From the NCBI GenBank assembly GCA_031426555.1, contig JANPLN010000064.1, forward strand, positions 24,931 through 88,930: a DNA stretch of 64,000 nt, written 5' to 3'. Source of the DNA: Bdellovibrionales bacterium (GTDB lineage: Bacteria > Bdellovibrionota > Bdellovibrionia > Bdellovibrionales > JAGQZY01). Made by a program: the position numbers and the translations under genes. Positions 18,778 to 28,820 of the stretch are shown piece by piece (position 1 is the first letter of the stretch; every line of letters starts with the position of its first letter). The notes under the pieces are model-generated. The model saw nothing but the letters and a program-made list of their open reading frames with translations. It did no database searches and was not told the DNA's origin.

Positions 18778-20042
18778 AATCCCTCCATCCATTGACGATC
18801 TTTGGCTTCATTCACCGCCCCCATGAGATAGAGGCTCTTGGTTTTTAAATTTAAGAATTCGTCGATGTAATTGTTTACATTGCGAAGCTTAATAGATTCC
18901 ATCTCTTTTATTACAGATTCCACGGAACGGTATTTGCCGAAGACCATTTCGTTTGTGGCTAGGGAAATCATGCGACTCTCGATATCCTCAGAGGCAATTA
19001 ACAGTTGCCCCTCAACCTGGCGGCGATAAAAATCCAATTCTTTTTGCTTCATTTTCGAAATGTGAAAATTACGTATTTCTAGAAGCAGCTCTTCAACGAG
19101 ACTGTGATACTGTTTTTTATCCGTAGCAGCATAGAAAATCTGCAAACCAAAATCAGTATAGGTATTGAGCATACTAAAAATCGAATAGGCCCAGCCTTTT
19201 TCTTCGCGAATTTTCTGGTACAGCCGCGAAGTCATACCGCCACCCAAACACGCGTTGACCATAAAACCTTCAAAACGGCGTTCTGAGCCATAGGATAATG
19301 ACGGCGCTCCAAGAACAATATGCACCTGTTCGCTCTCGCGCTTTTTCACATCTAACAGAGGCTGCAGACCCTGGGACTGGCGCTGCACGGTGTGTTTTTG
19401 CTCAGGCATATGACCCAAATACTTTTCTACAAGTTTTACCACTTTGGCATGATCCACACTGCCGGTAACAGCCACGATGAGATTTCCCGAGAGATATTTT
19501 TTTTTGTACCACTCACGCACATCTTTTTGCGTGATATTATTTAATGACTCCTCTGTTCCAAGAATAGGCCATCCAATACTGTCTTTGGGAAATGCTTTGG
19601 CAAAGTATTCATCAAAGACAGAGTCTTCGATATCATCGCGAGCCATATAGAGTTCTTGCAGCACAACATTTTTTTCTTTTTCAAACTCAGACTCATCAAG
19701 AGTGGCAAAATGAAATAGCTGAGATAGGATTTGAATACTGAGCTCGAGATCTTCTTTAAGGGTGGTGGCATGAAAGCACGTATGCTCTTTTGCAGTAAAT
19801 GCGTTGAGCTCTCCACCCACGGCTTCTAACTTTTGTGCAATTTGCAAAGCTGAGAATTTTTTTGTGCCTTTAAAAACTAAATGCTCAATCAGATGCGAAA
19901 CACCCACATATTTAGGGTCTTCGTCTCGCGTTCCGCGATCTAGCCAAAACCCCACCACCGCACAGCGCGTGCCTTTGTGGGATTCTGTCAGAATCCGAAT
20001 TCCATTTATTAATACGGTTTTTTTAAAGAGTGGTTTGGACAT
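18774..20042 (-). CDS. M16-family zinc peptidase (insulinase/pitrilysin-like)
   Basis: HxxEH zinc motif in VSHLIEHLVFKGTKKFS. 422 aa, two-domain length. Confidence 0.8.
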   Translation of the reverse strand: MSKPLFKKTVLINGIRILTESHKGTRCAVVGFWLDRGTRDEDPKYVGVSHLIEHLVFKGTKKFSALQIAQKLEAVGGELNAFTAKEHTCFHATTLKEDLELSIQILSQLFHFATLDESEFEKEKNVVLQELYMARDDIEDSVFDEYFAKAFPKDSIGWPILGTEESLNNITQKDVREWYKKKYLSGNLIVAVTGSVDHAKVVKLVEKYLGHMPEQKHTVQRQSQGLQPLLDVKKRESEQVHIVLGAPSLSYGSERRFEGFMVNACLGGGMTSRLYQKIREEKGWAYSIFSMLNTYTDFGLQIFYAATDKKQYHSLVEELLLEIRNFHISKMKQKELDFYRRQVEGQLLIASEDIESRMISLATNEMVFGKYRSVESVIKEMESIKLRNVNNYIDEFLNLKTKSLYLMGAVNEAKDRQWMEGL

Positions 20043-20053
20043 AAGACAGAATC

Positions 20054-22162
20054 TTATGTCGCTCCATCAGCTAATAAGGCTTTGCGCGACAGCTTCACTC
20101 GTCCCGAGCGGTCCACTTCGACCACTTTAACGTCGATCTTATCGCCTTCTTTAAGTACGTCGGTCACGTTGCGAATTCTGTCGTTAGAAATTTCAGAAAT
20201 ATGCAACAAGCCCTGAGTTCCAGGAAGAATTTCAACAAACGCTCCAAAATCAACGATCTTAACGACCTTGCCTTCGTACTTTCTGCCAACTTCGGCTTCT
20301 GCACAAATAGACTCGATGATGGAAATGGCTTTGTTGGTCATCTCCGGATCCGACGAAGCAATGTTGATGGATCCATCGTCTTGAATGTCGATTTTAACGC
20401 CCGTCTCTTCGATGATGGCCTTGATCACTTTACCACCGGCGCCGATCACTTCGCGGACTTTGTCTGGCTTAATTTTAATTGTTACAATACGCGGAGCAAA
20501 TGGCGACAATTGACCTTTTGGTTGCTTAATAACTGCGTCCATAGCGTCGAGAATATGCAGGCGTCCTGCTTTGGCTTGTTTAAGAGCTTGCTCCATCACA
20601 TCAAAGCTAATGCTATCGATTTTAATATCCATTTGTACAGCTGTCACACCTTCACGGGTTCCAGCCACTTTAAAGTCCATGTCACCCAAGTGATCTTCAT
20701 CGCCCAAGATATCTGTTAGAACAGCTGTGCGCTCACCGTCGCTGATAAGGCCCATGGCAATCCCGGCAACCGGAGATGTCATCGGAACCCCAGCATCAAG
20801 GAGAGCCAAAGTACCCGAGCACACTGTGCCCATGGAGCTTGAACCATTGGATTCCAACACTTCGCTTACAATTCGAATGGTGTAGGGGAATTTTTCTTGC
20901 GTCGGCAGCATTCTCTGAAGTGCGCGTTCTGCTAAGTTTCCGTGGCCAATCTCACGACGGCTCTGTCCGCCCATGCGTCCTGTCTCGCCCACGCTGAATG
21001 GAGGAAAGTTATAATGCAGAAGAAATCTTTTTTTGTAGGTCTTGTTCAAACCATCGATCATCTGCTCATCATCACCTGTTCCAAGAGTCACTGTGCCTAA
21101 AACTTGCGTTTCACCGCGAGTGAAGAGACCAGACCCGTGAACCCGGGGAAGGATGTTAATTTCGCAAGCGATAGGACGAACAGTTGTTAAATCGCGGCCG
21201 TCGATGCGCGACCCTTTGTCGAGGATCGTTGCGCGAGAGATACGATACTTGAGATCTTCAAGGATCATCCCAAGATCTTTTTTACGAAGCTTTTCTACAG
21301 ACTCTGGGAATTTTTGATTTTTAATAAGTTCGGTGCTGGCAAGCTTTGCGATCTCGTAATATTTTGCGTAACGCTCGTTCTTCGTGCGAATACTCAAAGC
21401 TTCAGTGATTTTGCTTGTCAAAAGAGCTTCGGCTTTTTGTTTAAATTCAGCATCGATTGTGTACGGAGTGAATTCGCGCTTTTTTGGCGCTTTTGATTTT
21501 TCGCGAAGTTCATCTTGCATATCAAGCAACGCTTTTAGCTGTTCGTGACCAAACTTGAGCGCTTTGAGGAAATCTTCTTCGCTGATGAGTTGCGCTTCAC
21601 CTTCGACCATCAAAACTCCATTGCGAGTTCCGGCAATGGTGATGTCCATATCCGATTTTTCTAAAGCTTCAGCACTTGGATTCACAACCAACTGGCCGTC
21701 GATGCGGCCGATTTGGAGAGCCGCTGTGGGGCCGTTAAAAGGAATGTCACTGATGTGGAGAGCTGCCGAAGCGCCAAGGCTTGCGAGCATTTCAGTTGAA
21801 TACTGACCGTCGTAACTTAGTACGGTTGCTACAACTTGTGTTTCGTAGCGATAGCCCTCTGGAAAGCAGGGGCGAATCGGGCGGTCGATTAAACGCGAAG
21901 TTAAAGTTGCGTTCGTTGTGGGCTTGCCTTCACGCTTAAAAAAGCCACCGGGAATTTTTCCAGACGAATAAAATTTTTCAACATACTCTACAGTGAGAGG
22001 AAAGAAGTCTAAATCAGATTCTTTGCGACTCGATACAGCCGTCACGAGAACGATGTTGTTTCCGCAGGTTACTAATACGGATCCGTCGGCTTGTTTTGCC
22101 AGTCGGCCCGTTTCGATTGTGATCTGTTGGCCGGCTAATGTTGTAGTCACTGTCTGTAGCAT
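20054..22162 (-). CDS. pnp: Polyribonucleotide nucleotidyltransferase (PNPase)
   Basis: 702 aa. Two RNase PH domains, KH, and C-terminal S1 (GKVVKIVDFGAFVEILPGTQGLLHISE). Confidence 0.95.
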   Translation of the reverse strand: MLQTVTTTLAGQQITIETGRLAKQADGSVLVTCGNNIVLVTAVSSRKESDLDFFPLTVEYVEKFYSSGKIPGGFFKREGKPTTNATLTSRLIDRPIRPCFPEGYRYETQVVATVLSYDGQYSTEMLASLGASAALHISDIPFNGPTAALQIGRIDGQLVVNPSAEALEKSDMDITIAGTRNGVLMVEGEAQLISEEDFLKALKFGHEQLKALLDMQDELREKSKAPKKREFTPYTIDAEFKQKAEALLTSKITEALSIRTKNERYAKYYEIAKLASTELIKNQKFPESVEKLRKKDLGMILEDLKYRISRATILDKGSRIDGRDLTTVRPIACEINILPRVHGSGLFTRGETQVLGTVTLGTGDDEQMIDGLNKTYKKRFLLHYNFPPFSVGETGRMGGQSRREIGHGNLAERALQRMLPTQEKFPYTIRIVSEVLESNGSSSMGTVCSGTLALLDAGVPMTSPVAGIAMGLISDGERTAVLTDILGDEDHLGDMDFKVAGTREGVTAVQMDIKIDSISFDVMEQALKQAKAGRLHILDAMDAVIKQPKGQLSPFAPRIVTIKIKPDKVREVIGAGGKVIKAIIEETGVKIDIQDDGSINIASSDPEMTNKAISIIESICAEAEVGRKYEGKVVKIVDFGAFVEILPGTQGLLHISEISNDRIRNVTDVLKEGDKIDVKVVEVDRSGRVKLSRKALLADGAT

Positions 22163-22201
22163 GGGTCTCCTTGTGTCAGTTTATGCACGTCTGAATTAGG
22201 C

Positions 22202-22253
22202 GAGTTTCTTCGGGAAACTCTCGTAGCAGAAAAGTTTCTTTGGGAAATTCTCT
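22202..22253 (-). promoter_or_regulatory. pnp leader: two tandem related hairpins
   Basis: GAGTTTC-TTCGG-GAAACTC (22202-22220, 7 bp) and a diverged copy at ~22228-22253. The position matches the rpsO-pnp intercistronic processing/autoregulation region known in E. coli. Confidence 0.35.
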
Positions 22254-22283
22254 GCAAAAAAAAGAGCTTCTTTCGAAGCTCTT
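22253..22283 (-). terminator. Rho-independent terminator/attenuator after rpsO
   Basis: Minus strand reads AAGAGCTTC-GAAA-GAAGCTCTT followed by TTTTTTTT. Confidence 0.65.
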
Positions 22284-22297
22284 GTGAACGCTAGAAA

Positions 22298-22567
22298 TTA
22301 CTTACGTAGTTCTAGTTCTGCGATCACTTCTTGGTATTTTTTGAAACTTGTTTTTTTCAAATAATCCAAAAGACTACGACGACGATTCACCAGTTTTACA
22401 AGACCAACAGTTCCGTGATTGTCTTTGGGATGTTTTTTGAAATGCCCCGTAAGCTCTTTAATTTGGAATGTGAGAAGAGCAATTTGCACTTCAGAACTTC
22501 CAGTATCAAGATCTTTACGTTGGAATTTTTTAACGATTTGCGACTTTTGAGCGGTATTTAATGCCAT
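22298..22567 (-). CDS. rpsO: 30S ribosomal protein S15
   Basis: 89 aa. GSSEVQIALLT...HLKKHPKDNHGTVGL..LVNRRRSLLDYL. Confidence 0.95.
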   Translation of the reverse strand: MALNTAQKSQIVKKFQRKDLDTGSSEVQIALLTFQIKELTGHFKKHPKDNHGTVGLVKLVNRRRSLLDYLKKTSFKKYQEVIAELELRK

Positions 22568-22676
22568 ATGTCCTCCTAGAACAACAAACCTCTTATGGCG
22601 TCATGGCCTTCGACCACAGAAGTTAAATTTGAGTGGCCAAAGTATTTCTAAGTGCTTGGGAGGTCAAGACATTTAA

Positions 22677-22734
22677 GGCTCCTTAAGAGCCGCATTTTAA
22701 CAGCCAGGCTCCGCAAGGAGCCGCATTTTAACAG
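22677..22734. repeat. Tandem duplication (~30 nt x2) of hairpin plus gcattttaacag, spanning the truB stop codon
   Basis: ggctccttaagagccgcattttaacag (22677-22703) and ggctccgcaaggagccgcattttaacag (22707-22734). Each has a GGCTCC/GGAGCC-type stem. Confidence 0.6.
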
Positions 22735-23624
22735 TTAAAAACTCGGCGGATGGAATACCCGGTCTCTCCGCGAGTGAGGATGGCCAGTAAATCCTTGGTT
22801 TTACCGCTGATAACTTTGACCCCAAGAGCAGCAGGCAAATGCATATATTCGATCTCGAGAAATCGCCCTAACCTGTGGGAAATTTGTCCGTTTCTTAAAA
22901 GTTTCTCCTCGAGTCCCTCCACCTTTACTACCGGCCAGGTTGGCAGGGCTTGGCCAAAAGGAATCCAATGAGGGGGATCGTCAGTCATTAAGCGTCCGTC
23001 TGTGAGAGTCACGGCGTCTTGCAGAGCATAGGGAAAGGAGCTTTCCCTGCGCAAAACAGCCACAGCGGCCCCACAACCCAGCTTTTCACCCAGTTTTTCC
23101 ACCCACGTCCGCACGAAGCTGCCCTTGCTGCAGGAAAGTCGAACTTGCACGCGATCCATCGTCGCACCTAAGAACTCGGCTTTGTAAAAAGTCATGGGTT
23201 TTGATGGGGGTGTAAATACCTCTTGAGCTCGGGCTTTTTCGTAGAGTTTTTGCCCTTGCACCTTCATGGCCGAATAAATCGGGACTGGCCATTGAAAGGT
23301 CCCCTGCAGCTCTTCGACCGCCGCTTTGATTTTTTGTTCGGTGACGTCCACGGTTTTTGTTTCGATCACTGAACCATCGGTATCGCCGGTGTCATAGCGA
23401 ACACCCAATAGAGCTTCGACAACATAGGATTTATCGCCCGAAAGAATAAAATCGGAGAGTTTCGTAGCCTCGCCCATGAGTACGACCATCAGGCCTGTGG
23501 CCAAGGGATCTAAGGTTCCCGCGTGGCCCACTTGTTTTTGCGCCGCCAAACGACGAACCGAGCTCACAACGTCGTGGCTGGTCATCCCTTTTGGTTTATC
23601 AACAAGTAAGAGTCCGTTTTTCAT
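22728..23624 (-). CDS. truB: tRNA pseudouridine(55) synthase
   Basis: GLLLVDKPKGMTSHDVV and GHAGTLDPLATGLMVVLMGEATK (catalytic Asp motif). Confidence 0.9.
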   Translation of the reverse strand: MKNGLLLVDKPKGMTSHDVVSSVRRLAAQKQVGHAGTLDPLATGLMVVLMGEATKLSDFILSGDKSYVVEALLGVRYDTGDTDGSVIETKTVDVTEQKIKAAVEELQGTFQWPVPIYSAMKVQGQKLYEKARAQEVFTPPSKPMTFYKAEFLGATMDRVQVRLSCSKGSFVRTWVEKLGEKLGCGAAVAVLRRESSFPYALQDAVTLTDGRLMTDDPPHWIPFGQALPTWPVVKVEGLEEKLLRNGQISHRLGRFLEIEYMHLPAALGVKVISGKTKDLLAILTRGETGYSIRRVFNC

Positions 23625-23639
23625 TTTATTGTCTTATTT

Positions 23640-23990
23640 TTATTGCTTAATTTTAATGAGAAGCTCATTAATTTTTTGCGAGGTCGCTACACCCTCGTCG
23701 TTTAAAAATTCCAGTCGCGGACAGTATTTCATGCGCAAATGTTTCATCACTTCTCTTTGCATCTCGCCCGCCTGGTCTTGCAAACGTTCAAGGGTTTCCT
23801 CGGAAACTGCGGGTTTTCCCAAGGCGCTCACAAAAACCTTGGCGCCTTTTAAATCCTTCGCGACTTTCACTTGGGTCACATTTAAAAGGTCGCCGGTAAA
23901 ATGACGAATCACAAAACTGGCAACGATTTCACGCAGTTCTTTTTCAACTCGCTGTGCTCGCCTGTTGTCACCGGTTTTGCCGTCACTCAT
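23640..23990 (-). CDS. rbfA: Ribosome-binding factor A
   Basis: 116 aa. RAQRVEKELREIVASFV. Located between infB and truB, with a 4-nt overlap with infB. Confidence 0.85.
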   Translation of the reverse strand: MSDGKTGDNRRAQRVEKELREIVASFVIRHFTGDLLNVTQVKVAKDLKGAKVFVSALGKPAVSEETLERLQDQAGEMQREVMKHLRMKYCPRLEFLNDEGVATSQKINELLIKIKQ

Positions 23991-26770
23991 AGTTCTCGCA
24001 CCACAGACTCTTGCGTGTAGGCTTCGATTTCATCGCCGACTTTTAGATCATTGTAGTTTTCGATGCTGATACCGCACTCAAACCCTGTTTGAACTTCGCG
24101 GGCGTCATCTTTAAAACGCTTAAGGCTGCTGATTTTACCCTGATAGACCACTTTGCCATCACGAAGCAAACGCAACATGCTGTTTCGAGTGACCGAACCA
24201 TCCGTTACAAAGCAACCTGCAATGGTTCCTATTTTTGGCACTGTAAAAATATTTCGAACCTGAACGCGTCCAAGAATTTTTTCTTTAACGATGGGATCAA
24301 GAAGTCCGCCGAGAGCTCGCTTCATTTCGTCTACCAATTCGTAAACAATAGAGTAGGTTTTAATTTCCACACCTTTATTTTTTGCGGCCGCTTGGGCGCT
24401 TGTATCTGGGCGCACGTTAAAGCCCACAACCATTCCTTTGGTGGTGCTTGCTAAAAGAACATCGGACTCACTAATACCACCGATACCGGTGTGAATGAGC
24501 TTGAGCTTTACTTCGCTCGTAGAAAGTTTATCAAAAAGACCTTTCACGGCCTCTAAAGAACCCGCCACATCACATTTTAAAATCACAGGAAGTTCTTTGA
24601 CGTCGCCCGATTTGAGCTTGGACATCAGATCTTCCATCGTTGGCGGCTTAGCCTCCAGGGACTTCGCGATTTCTTCTTTGCGAACCCGCGCGATTTCCTC
24701 GGCGCTCTTGTCGTCTTTACAAACATCAAAACGATCGCCCGCACCAGGACTGTCGGGAAGACCTATGATTTCCACCGGCATGCTTGGTCCCGCCTCTTTC
24801 AGCGGTTTGCCAGCGTCGTCATGAATCGTGCGCACACGTGTTGCGACCGAGCCTATAACAATAGATTGACCTGTTTTAAGAGTTCCATCTTGTACAAGCA
24901 AGGTAGCAACGTTGCCGCGGCCTTTTTCCACTCGACTTTCGATAACGATTCCCGTTGCAGATCGAGTTGGACTGGCTGTGAGCTCGAGAACTTCGGCCAA
25001 AACCGAAATCTGCTCGAGGAGCTCGGGAATTCCATCACCTTTGAGGGCGGAGATTGGACAGAATTGTGTCGATCCACCCCACTCTTCGGGGATGAGTTCA
25101 TATTCAGTCATTTGTTGCTTGATGCGATCCGGAGATGCGTCGGGCTTGTCCATTTTGTTGACGGCTACGATGATAGGCACCTTCGCCGCTTTGGCGTGGC
25201 TGATGGCCTCGATAGTTTGTGGCATCACACCGTCATCCGCTGCCACAACAAGAATCACGATGTCTGTAACATTGGCTCCGCGGGCACGCATCGCAGTGAA
25301 AGCTTCGTGACCCGGAGTATCGATAAAGGTCACCTCGCCAAGCGTGGTCTTTACGCGATAGGCACCGATGTGCTGAGTGATTCCTCCGGCTTCTTTCGCT
25401 GCCACTCGGGCTTTGCGAATGGAATCGAGAAGCGTCGTTTTACCGTGATCCACGTGACCCATCACTGTTACAACTGGTGATCGGTAAACGCGTTCAACAT
25501 CAATGTTGAGCGTGGAAGCCTGCTCAACAAGCTCGAGATCGGTTTTTTTAATATTTTGCGCTTCGAATTTAAATTCGGGAACCACCAATGCGATGGTATC
25601 AAAATCCAAAGTCATGTTCATGTTTGCCATGACCCCGTTACTCATCAAAGCTTTAATTAAGGCCGGTGCTTTAATACCTAAGTTTTGCGCAAGCTCGGTC
25701 ACTGACATACTACCGTGCACTCGAACAACGCGCTTGTGTGCGGCTGGCAATGTGATCTGAGTTTTTTTATTGTGACCTTCGGAAATCTTTTTCTTTTTCG
25801 GCTGGAATACAATCTCGCGTTTCATGAAATCGGCAGAAACGAAAGACGGCGGCGCTTGCTCTTTTTCTTTTGCCGGTGCAGCGGGAGGAACAGCTGGTCC
25901 GCCCATCACGCGGCGGCCTTTGTCCTTTTTACGATCGTCCTCAGTCGTCGCAGGCGGAAATTCTGGAGGTGCGTCTTGCGAAATAAATCCTGTACGCAAA
26001 GAACGATTTACCGTTTTCACCTGGCGAGCCTGTGGTGGCGCCATACGATTGAGATCCATGCGACCGACGATATTTCTTTTTGTCGAGCGAACACCGCTGA
26101 TCGGGCCATCTTCAGTCATCAGAACTTCACGCTTGCGCGGGCCAGTAACTGGGATTTTTTCGTCTACAACTGGGGTTGCAGCAACAGGGGCTGCTGTCAC
26201 AACGGCGGTTTCTGAAGTTGGTGCGGCGGCAACTGCTGGAGCTGCAACTACCTCTGCTGACGCTTGCGGTTCGTGCGCTACTTCCACAGCTTCTTCAATC
26301 ACCGCTTCCACTTCTGGAGCTGCTGCTTTTTCTTCAACAACCTCGGCTTCTTCGGTTTTCTTTCTGCGAATGACGGTCTTAGAGGCCGCCGCTTTTGCGG
26401 CCGCTGCGGCTACGGCAACAACTTCTGCTTTGGCAGCCGCAGCTGCCTTGCTCGTGGATTTTGTTGCGGCTTTTACAACCGTAGTTTTTGTAGGCGTTTT
26501 TGTGGTTGTTTTTTTCAGGGCGGAACGAGCATTGGCGGCTTCTTCATCCGCAACTTCGACGACAGGCTTTTTGGCAGCTTTTTTAGTCGCCTTCTTTTTG
26601 TCGGAACCAGACTCCTCGTCAAGTTTGGTGCGAATTTGATCTATGAGATCAGTTGTTAAATCCGCCATGTGGCTCTTAATCGGAAGCCCCCACTTGCGAA
26701 TCTTGTCCATCAACGTGATGGTCTCAACTCCAATCTCTTTTGCAAATTCATAAACTTTTTGCGTCGACAT
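23987..26770 (-). CDS. infB: Translation initiation factor IF-2
   Basis: 927 aa. GTPase motifs VMGHVDHGKTTLLD, DTPGHEAF, NKMD. Long A/V/T/K-rich low-complexity N-terminal region. Confidence 0.95.
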   Translation of the reverse strand: MSTQKVYEFAKEIGVETITLMDKIRKWGLPIKSHMADLTTDLIDQIRTKLDEESGSDKKKATKKAAKKPVVEVADEEAANARSALKKTTTKTPTKTTVVKAATKSTSKAAAAAKAEVVAVAAAAAKAAASKTVIRRKKTEEAEVVEEKAAAPEVEAVIEEAVEVAHEPQASAEVVAAPAVAAAPTSETAVVTAAPVAATPVVDEKIPVTGPRKREVLMTEDGPISGVRSTKRNIVGRMDLNRMAPPQARQVKTVNRSLRTGFISQDAPPEFPPATTEDDRKKDKGRRVMGGPAVPPAAPAKEKEQAPPSFVSADFMKREIVFQPKKKKISEGHNKKTQITLPAAHKRVVRVHGSMSVTELAQNLGIKAPALIKALMSNGVMANMNMTLDFDTIALVVPEFKFEAQNIKKTDLELVEQASTLNIDVERVYRSPVVTVMGHVDHGKTTLLDSIRKARVAAKEAGGITQHIGAYRVKTTLGEVTFIDTPGHEAFTAMRARGANVTDIVILVVAADDGVMPQTIEAISHAKAAKVPIIVAVNKMDKPDASPDRIKQQMTEYELIPEEWGGSTQFCPISALKGDGIPELLEQISVLAEVLELTASPTRSATGIVIESRVEKGRGNVATLLVQDGTLKTGQSIVIGSVATRVRTIHDDAGKPLKEAGPSMPVEIIGLPDSPGAGDRFDVCKDDKSAEEIARVRKEEIAKSLEAKPPTMEDLMSKLKSGDVKELPVILKCDVAGSLEAVKGLFDKLSTSEVKLKLIHTGIGGISESDVLLASTTKGMVVGFNVRPDTSAQAAAKNKGVEIKTYSIVYELVDEMKRALGGLLDPIVKEKILGRVQVRNIFTVPKIGTIAGCFVTDGSVTRNSMLRLLRDGKVVYQGKISSLKRFKDDAREVQTGFECGISIENYNDLKVGDEIEAYTQESVVREL

Positions 26771-28212
26771 TAGGCCTCGTTTCCGGTGTTAGACATGCTT
26801 TTTTCGGCTTCAGCAGAATCTTCTTTTTCTTTGAGTTGTGCCAGCTGTTCACGGAGTTGCTGTTCTGCTTGCTGCTTGGCATCCCCTTTAACTTCTTGCG
26901 CCTCAATGGCCACAGGAGCCTTGGGAACTTCTACACCATCATCCTGATATTTTTTAATAAGTTTGAGTGCTTCATCAATAAGCCCGCGAGCTTTTTCTTC
27001 GGTATCGTAGCCGGCGATGGCCATCACTTCTTTGACGTTGGCTTCAGCTAACGATTGGAAGGATCCGAAACCACTTTGGAAAATATTTTGCGCCATTGTA
27101 TCAGACATGCCTGGAAGCAACATGAGATTGAAAATGGATTCGGCGGTTCGAGCTGAAGCGTTGGCTTCAGACATAATATCAATTTTCCACCCGGTGAGTT
27201 TTGAAGCAAGACGCACGTTCTGCCCTTTTTTACCAATGGCCAAACTCAATTGTGTATCGGCAACAACGATTTCCATTTCTTTCGAGTTCTCGTCGAGGAA
27301 CACGCGAGAGATTTCTGCAGGAGCTAGAGCATTGCACGCAAAACGCGTGATATCTTCGTCCCATTCAACGATGTCAATTTTTTCACCTTTGAGCTCTTGC
27401 ACGATGGTTTGTACGCGCGAACCCTTCATTCCCACACAGGCACCCACTGGATCCACAGCAGAATCTTTGCTGTAAACGGCGATTTTCGCACGCTGCCCGG
27501 GCTCACGAGCAGCGGCCATAATTTGCACGATACCATCGTAGATTTCGGGAACTTCCGCTTCGAAAAGCTTAACAAGATAATCCGGATGGGCGCGGGACAT
27601 GATAATTTGTGGCCCCTTCGTTGTTTGACGAACATCCAATAAATGTCCTTGAATGCGGTCACCGGGTTTGAAAGATTCGCCCGGAATTTGCTCGCGCGGT
27701 GGCATGAGGGCTTCGGTTTTTCCAAGATCGACAATAATGTGATTGCGCTCGATGCGACGAATGATTCCCGAAGCCACTTCACCCTTGCGGGCTTCGAACT
27801 CATTAAAGATGATTTCGCGTTCGGCATCGCGCACTTTTTGCAGAATGATTTGCTTGGCTGTCTGCGCGGCGATTCGGCCCAAATCTGAAGTGTCCAGTTT
27901 GATACCGATTTGATCGTGCATTTGCGCTTCCGGATCAAGCTTGAGGGCGTTTTCCATGGTGATTTCGATCTCTTCATCCTCAAAATCTTCGTCTGGCACA
28001 ACTTCGTTAAACTGGAAAAGTTCAACCTCTCCGGTTTCTTCGTTGTACGTGGCTTCGATATCTCTATAGGTGCCATAAACTTTTTTAGCGGCGACGAGCA
28101 TTCCTTGAACGACGGCATCGATAATTAATTTTTTTTCAATCCCCTTGTCTTTACCAAGTTGATCAATCATTCGATTTAAATCGGAAAACATTCCATCTGC
28201 TGCCATAGGCAC
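26770..28212 (-). CDS. nusA: Transcription termination/antitermination factor NusA
   Basis: 480 aa. S1 and two KH domains (GACVGMKGSRVQTIVQEL; AIGKKGQNVRLASKLTGWKIDI). 1-nt overlap with infB. Confidence 0.95.
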   Translation of the reverse strand: MPMAADGMFSDLNRMIDQLGKDKGIEKKLIIDAVVQGMLVAAKKVYGTYRDIEATYNEETGEVELFQFNEVVPDEDFEDEEIEITMENALKLDPEAQMHDQIGIKLDTSDLGRIAAQTAKQIILQKVRDAEREIIFNEFEARKGEVASGIIRRIERNHIIVDLGKTEALMPPREQIPGESFKPGDRIQGHLLDVRQTTKGPQIIMSRAHPDYLVKLFEAEVPEIYDGIVQIMAAAREPGQRAKIAVYSKDSAVDPVGACVGMKGSRVQTIVQELKGEKIDIVEWDEDITRFACNALAPAEISRVFLDENSKEMEIVVADTQLSLAIGKKGQNVRLASKLTGWKIDIMSEANASARTAESIFNLMLLPGMSDTMAQNIFQSGFGSFQSLAEANVKEVMAIAGYDTEEKARGLIDEALKLIKKYQDDGVEVPKAPVAIEAQEVKGDAKQQAEQQLREQLAQLKEKEDSAEAEKSMSNTGNEA

Positions 28213-28215
28213 TCC

Positions 28216-28722
28216 TTATTGCTTTTTTCCAAAATCAAAAACCCAGTGGGCCTTTGCCACTGTTTCCAGTGGAACTGTTAACATTTTACCTTCAAACTCT
28301 ACACCCAATTGCTGATCCTGATACGACGTGATCGTCCCGGTCAGCTTTTTGCGACTTGCAAACTGCTGTTCAATTTCTGGAATGATTTGTCCGAGGGGGC
28401 GAAACAAACTCAAGGCCACCAGTTTGCCAACACTCTGCTCATAGTGCCATGGCTTCTTAAGATCTCGTTCGATTCCCGGGCTTGAAACTTCGAGGTTGTA
28501 AGCGCCGTCGATCAGATCTTCCACGTCTAACATCAAACTCAAAGCTTTAGAAAACTCCGAGCAGTCCTCAAGAGAGACTTTTTCCTCGCCCGTGCGATCA
28601 ATGAAAATGCGCAAAGTTTTGCCTCGACCAGAACCAAAAAGTTCCAGATCGTAGATCCTCAGTGCTTTGTGGCCGGCAATACGCTCGGCCAACTCCATCA
28701 ATTTCGTAACCGTTGGATTCAT
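28216..28722 (-). CDS. rimP: Ribosome maturation factor RimP
   Basis: Immediately upstream of nusA. LRIFIDR...DCSEFSKALSLMLD. Start at ATG 28722, because the ORF-track extension to 28749 covers a terminator hairpin. Confidence 0.8.
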   Translation of the reverse strand: MNPTVTKLMELAERIAGHKALRIYDLELFGSGRGKTLRIFIDRTGEEKVSLEDCSEFSKALSLMLDVEDLIDGAYNLEVSSPGIERDLKKPWHYEQSVGKLVALSLFRPLGQIIPEIEQQFASRKKLTGTITSYQDQQLGVEFEGKMLTVPLETVAKAHWVFDFGKKQ

Positions 28723-28730
28723 AATCTTTC

Positions 28731-28758
28731 TCAAAAAACAAAGGCCCACGAGGGGCCT
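28731..28758 (-). terminator. Rho-independent terminator upstream of rimP
   Basis: Minus strand reads AGGCCC-CTCGT-GGGCCT then TTGTTTTTTG. Confidence 0.5.
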
Positions 28759-28820
28759 GCGAATGTTGGTGTTTTAGCAAAGCGCCCGGTAAAAGGCAAG
28801 ATGTGGATTCCTAAAAATAG

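Noticed and set aside
24089-26659. Many plus-strand ORFs (up to 271 aa, e.g. 25824-26639) antisense to infB.
   Set aside because: They lie opposite a confidently identified IF-2 gene. They are Ala/Ser/Thr/Phe-rich low-complexity mirror images of the IF-2 A/V/K-rich N-terminal region, a typical antisense ORF artefact.
27426-28118. 230-aa minus-strand ORF in an alternative frame inside nusA.
   Set aside because: It is fully embedded in nusA, K/S/R/P-rich and has no recognisable domain. It is a shadow ORF.
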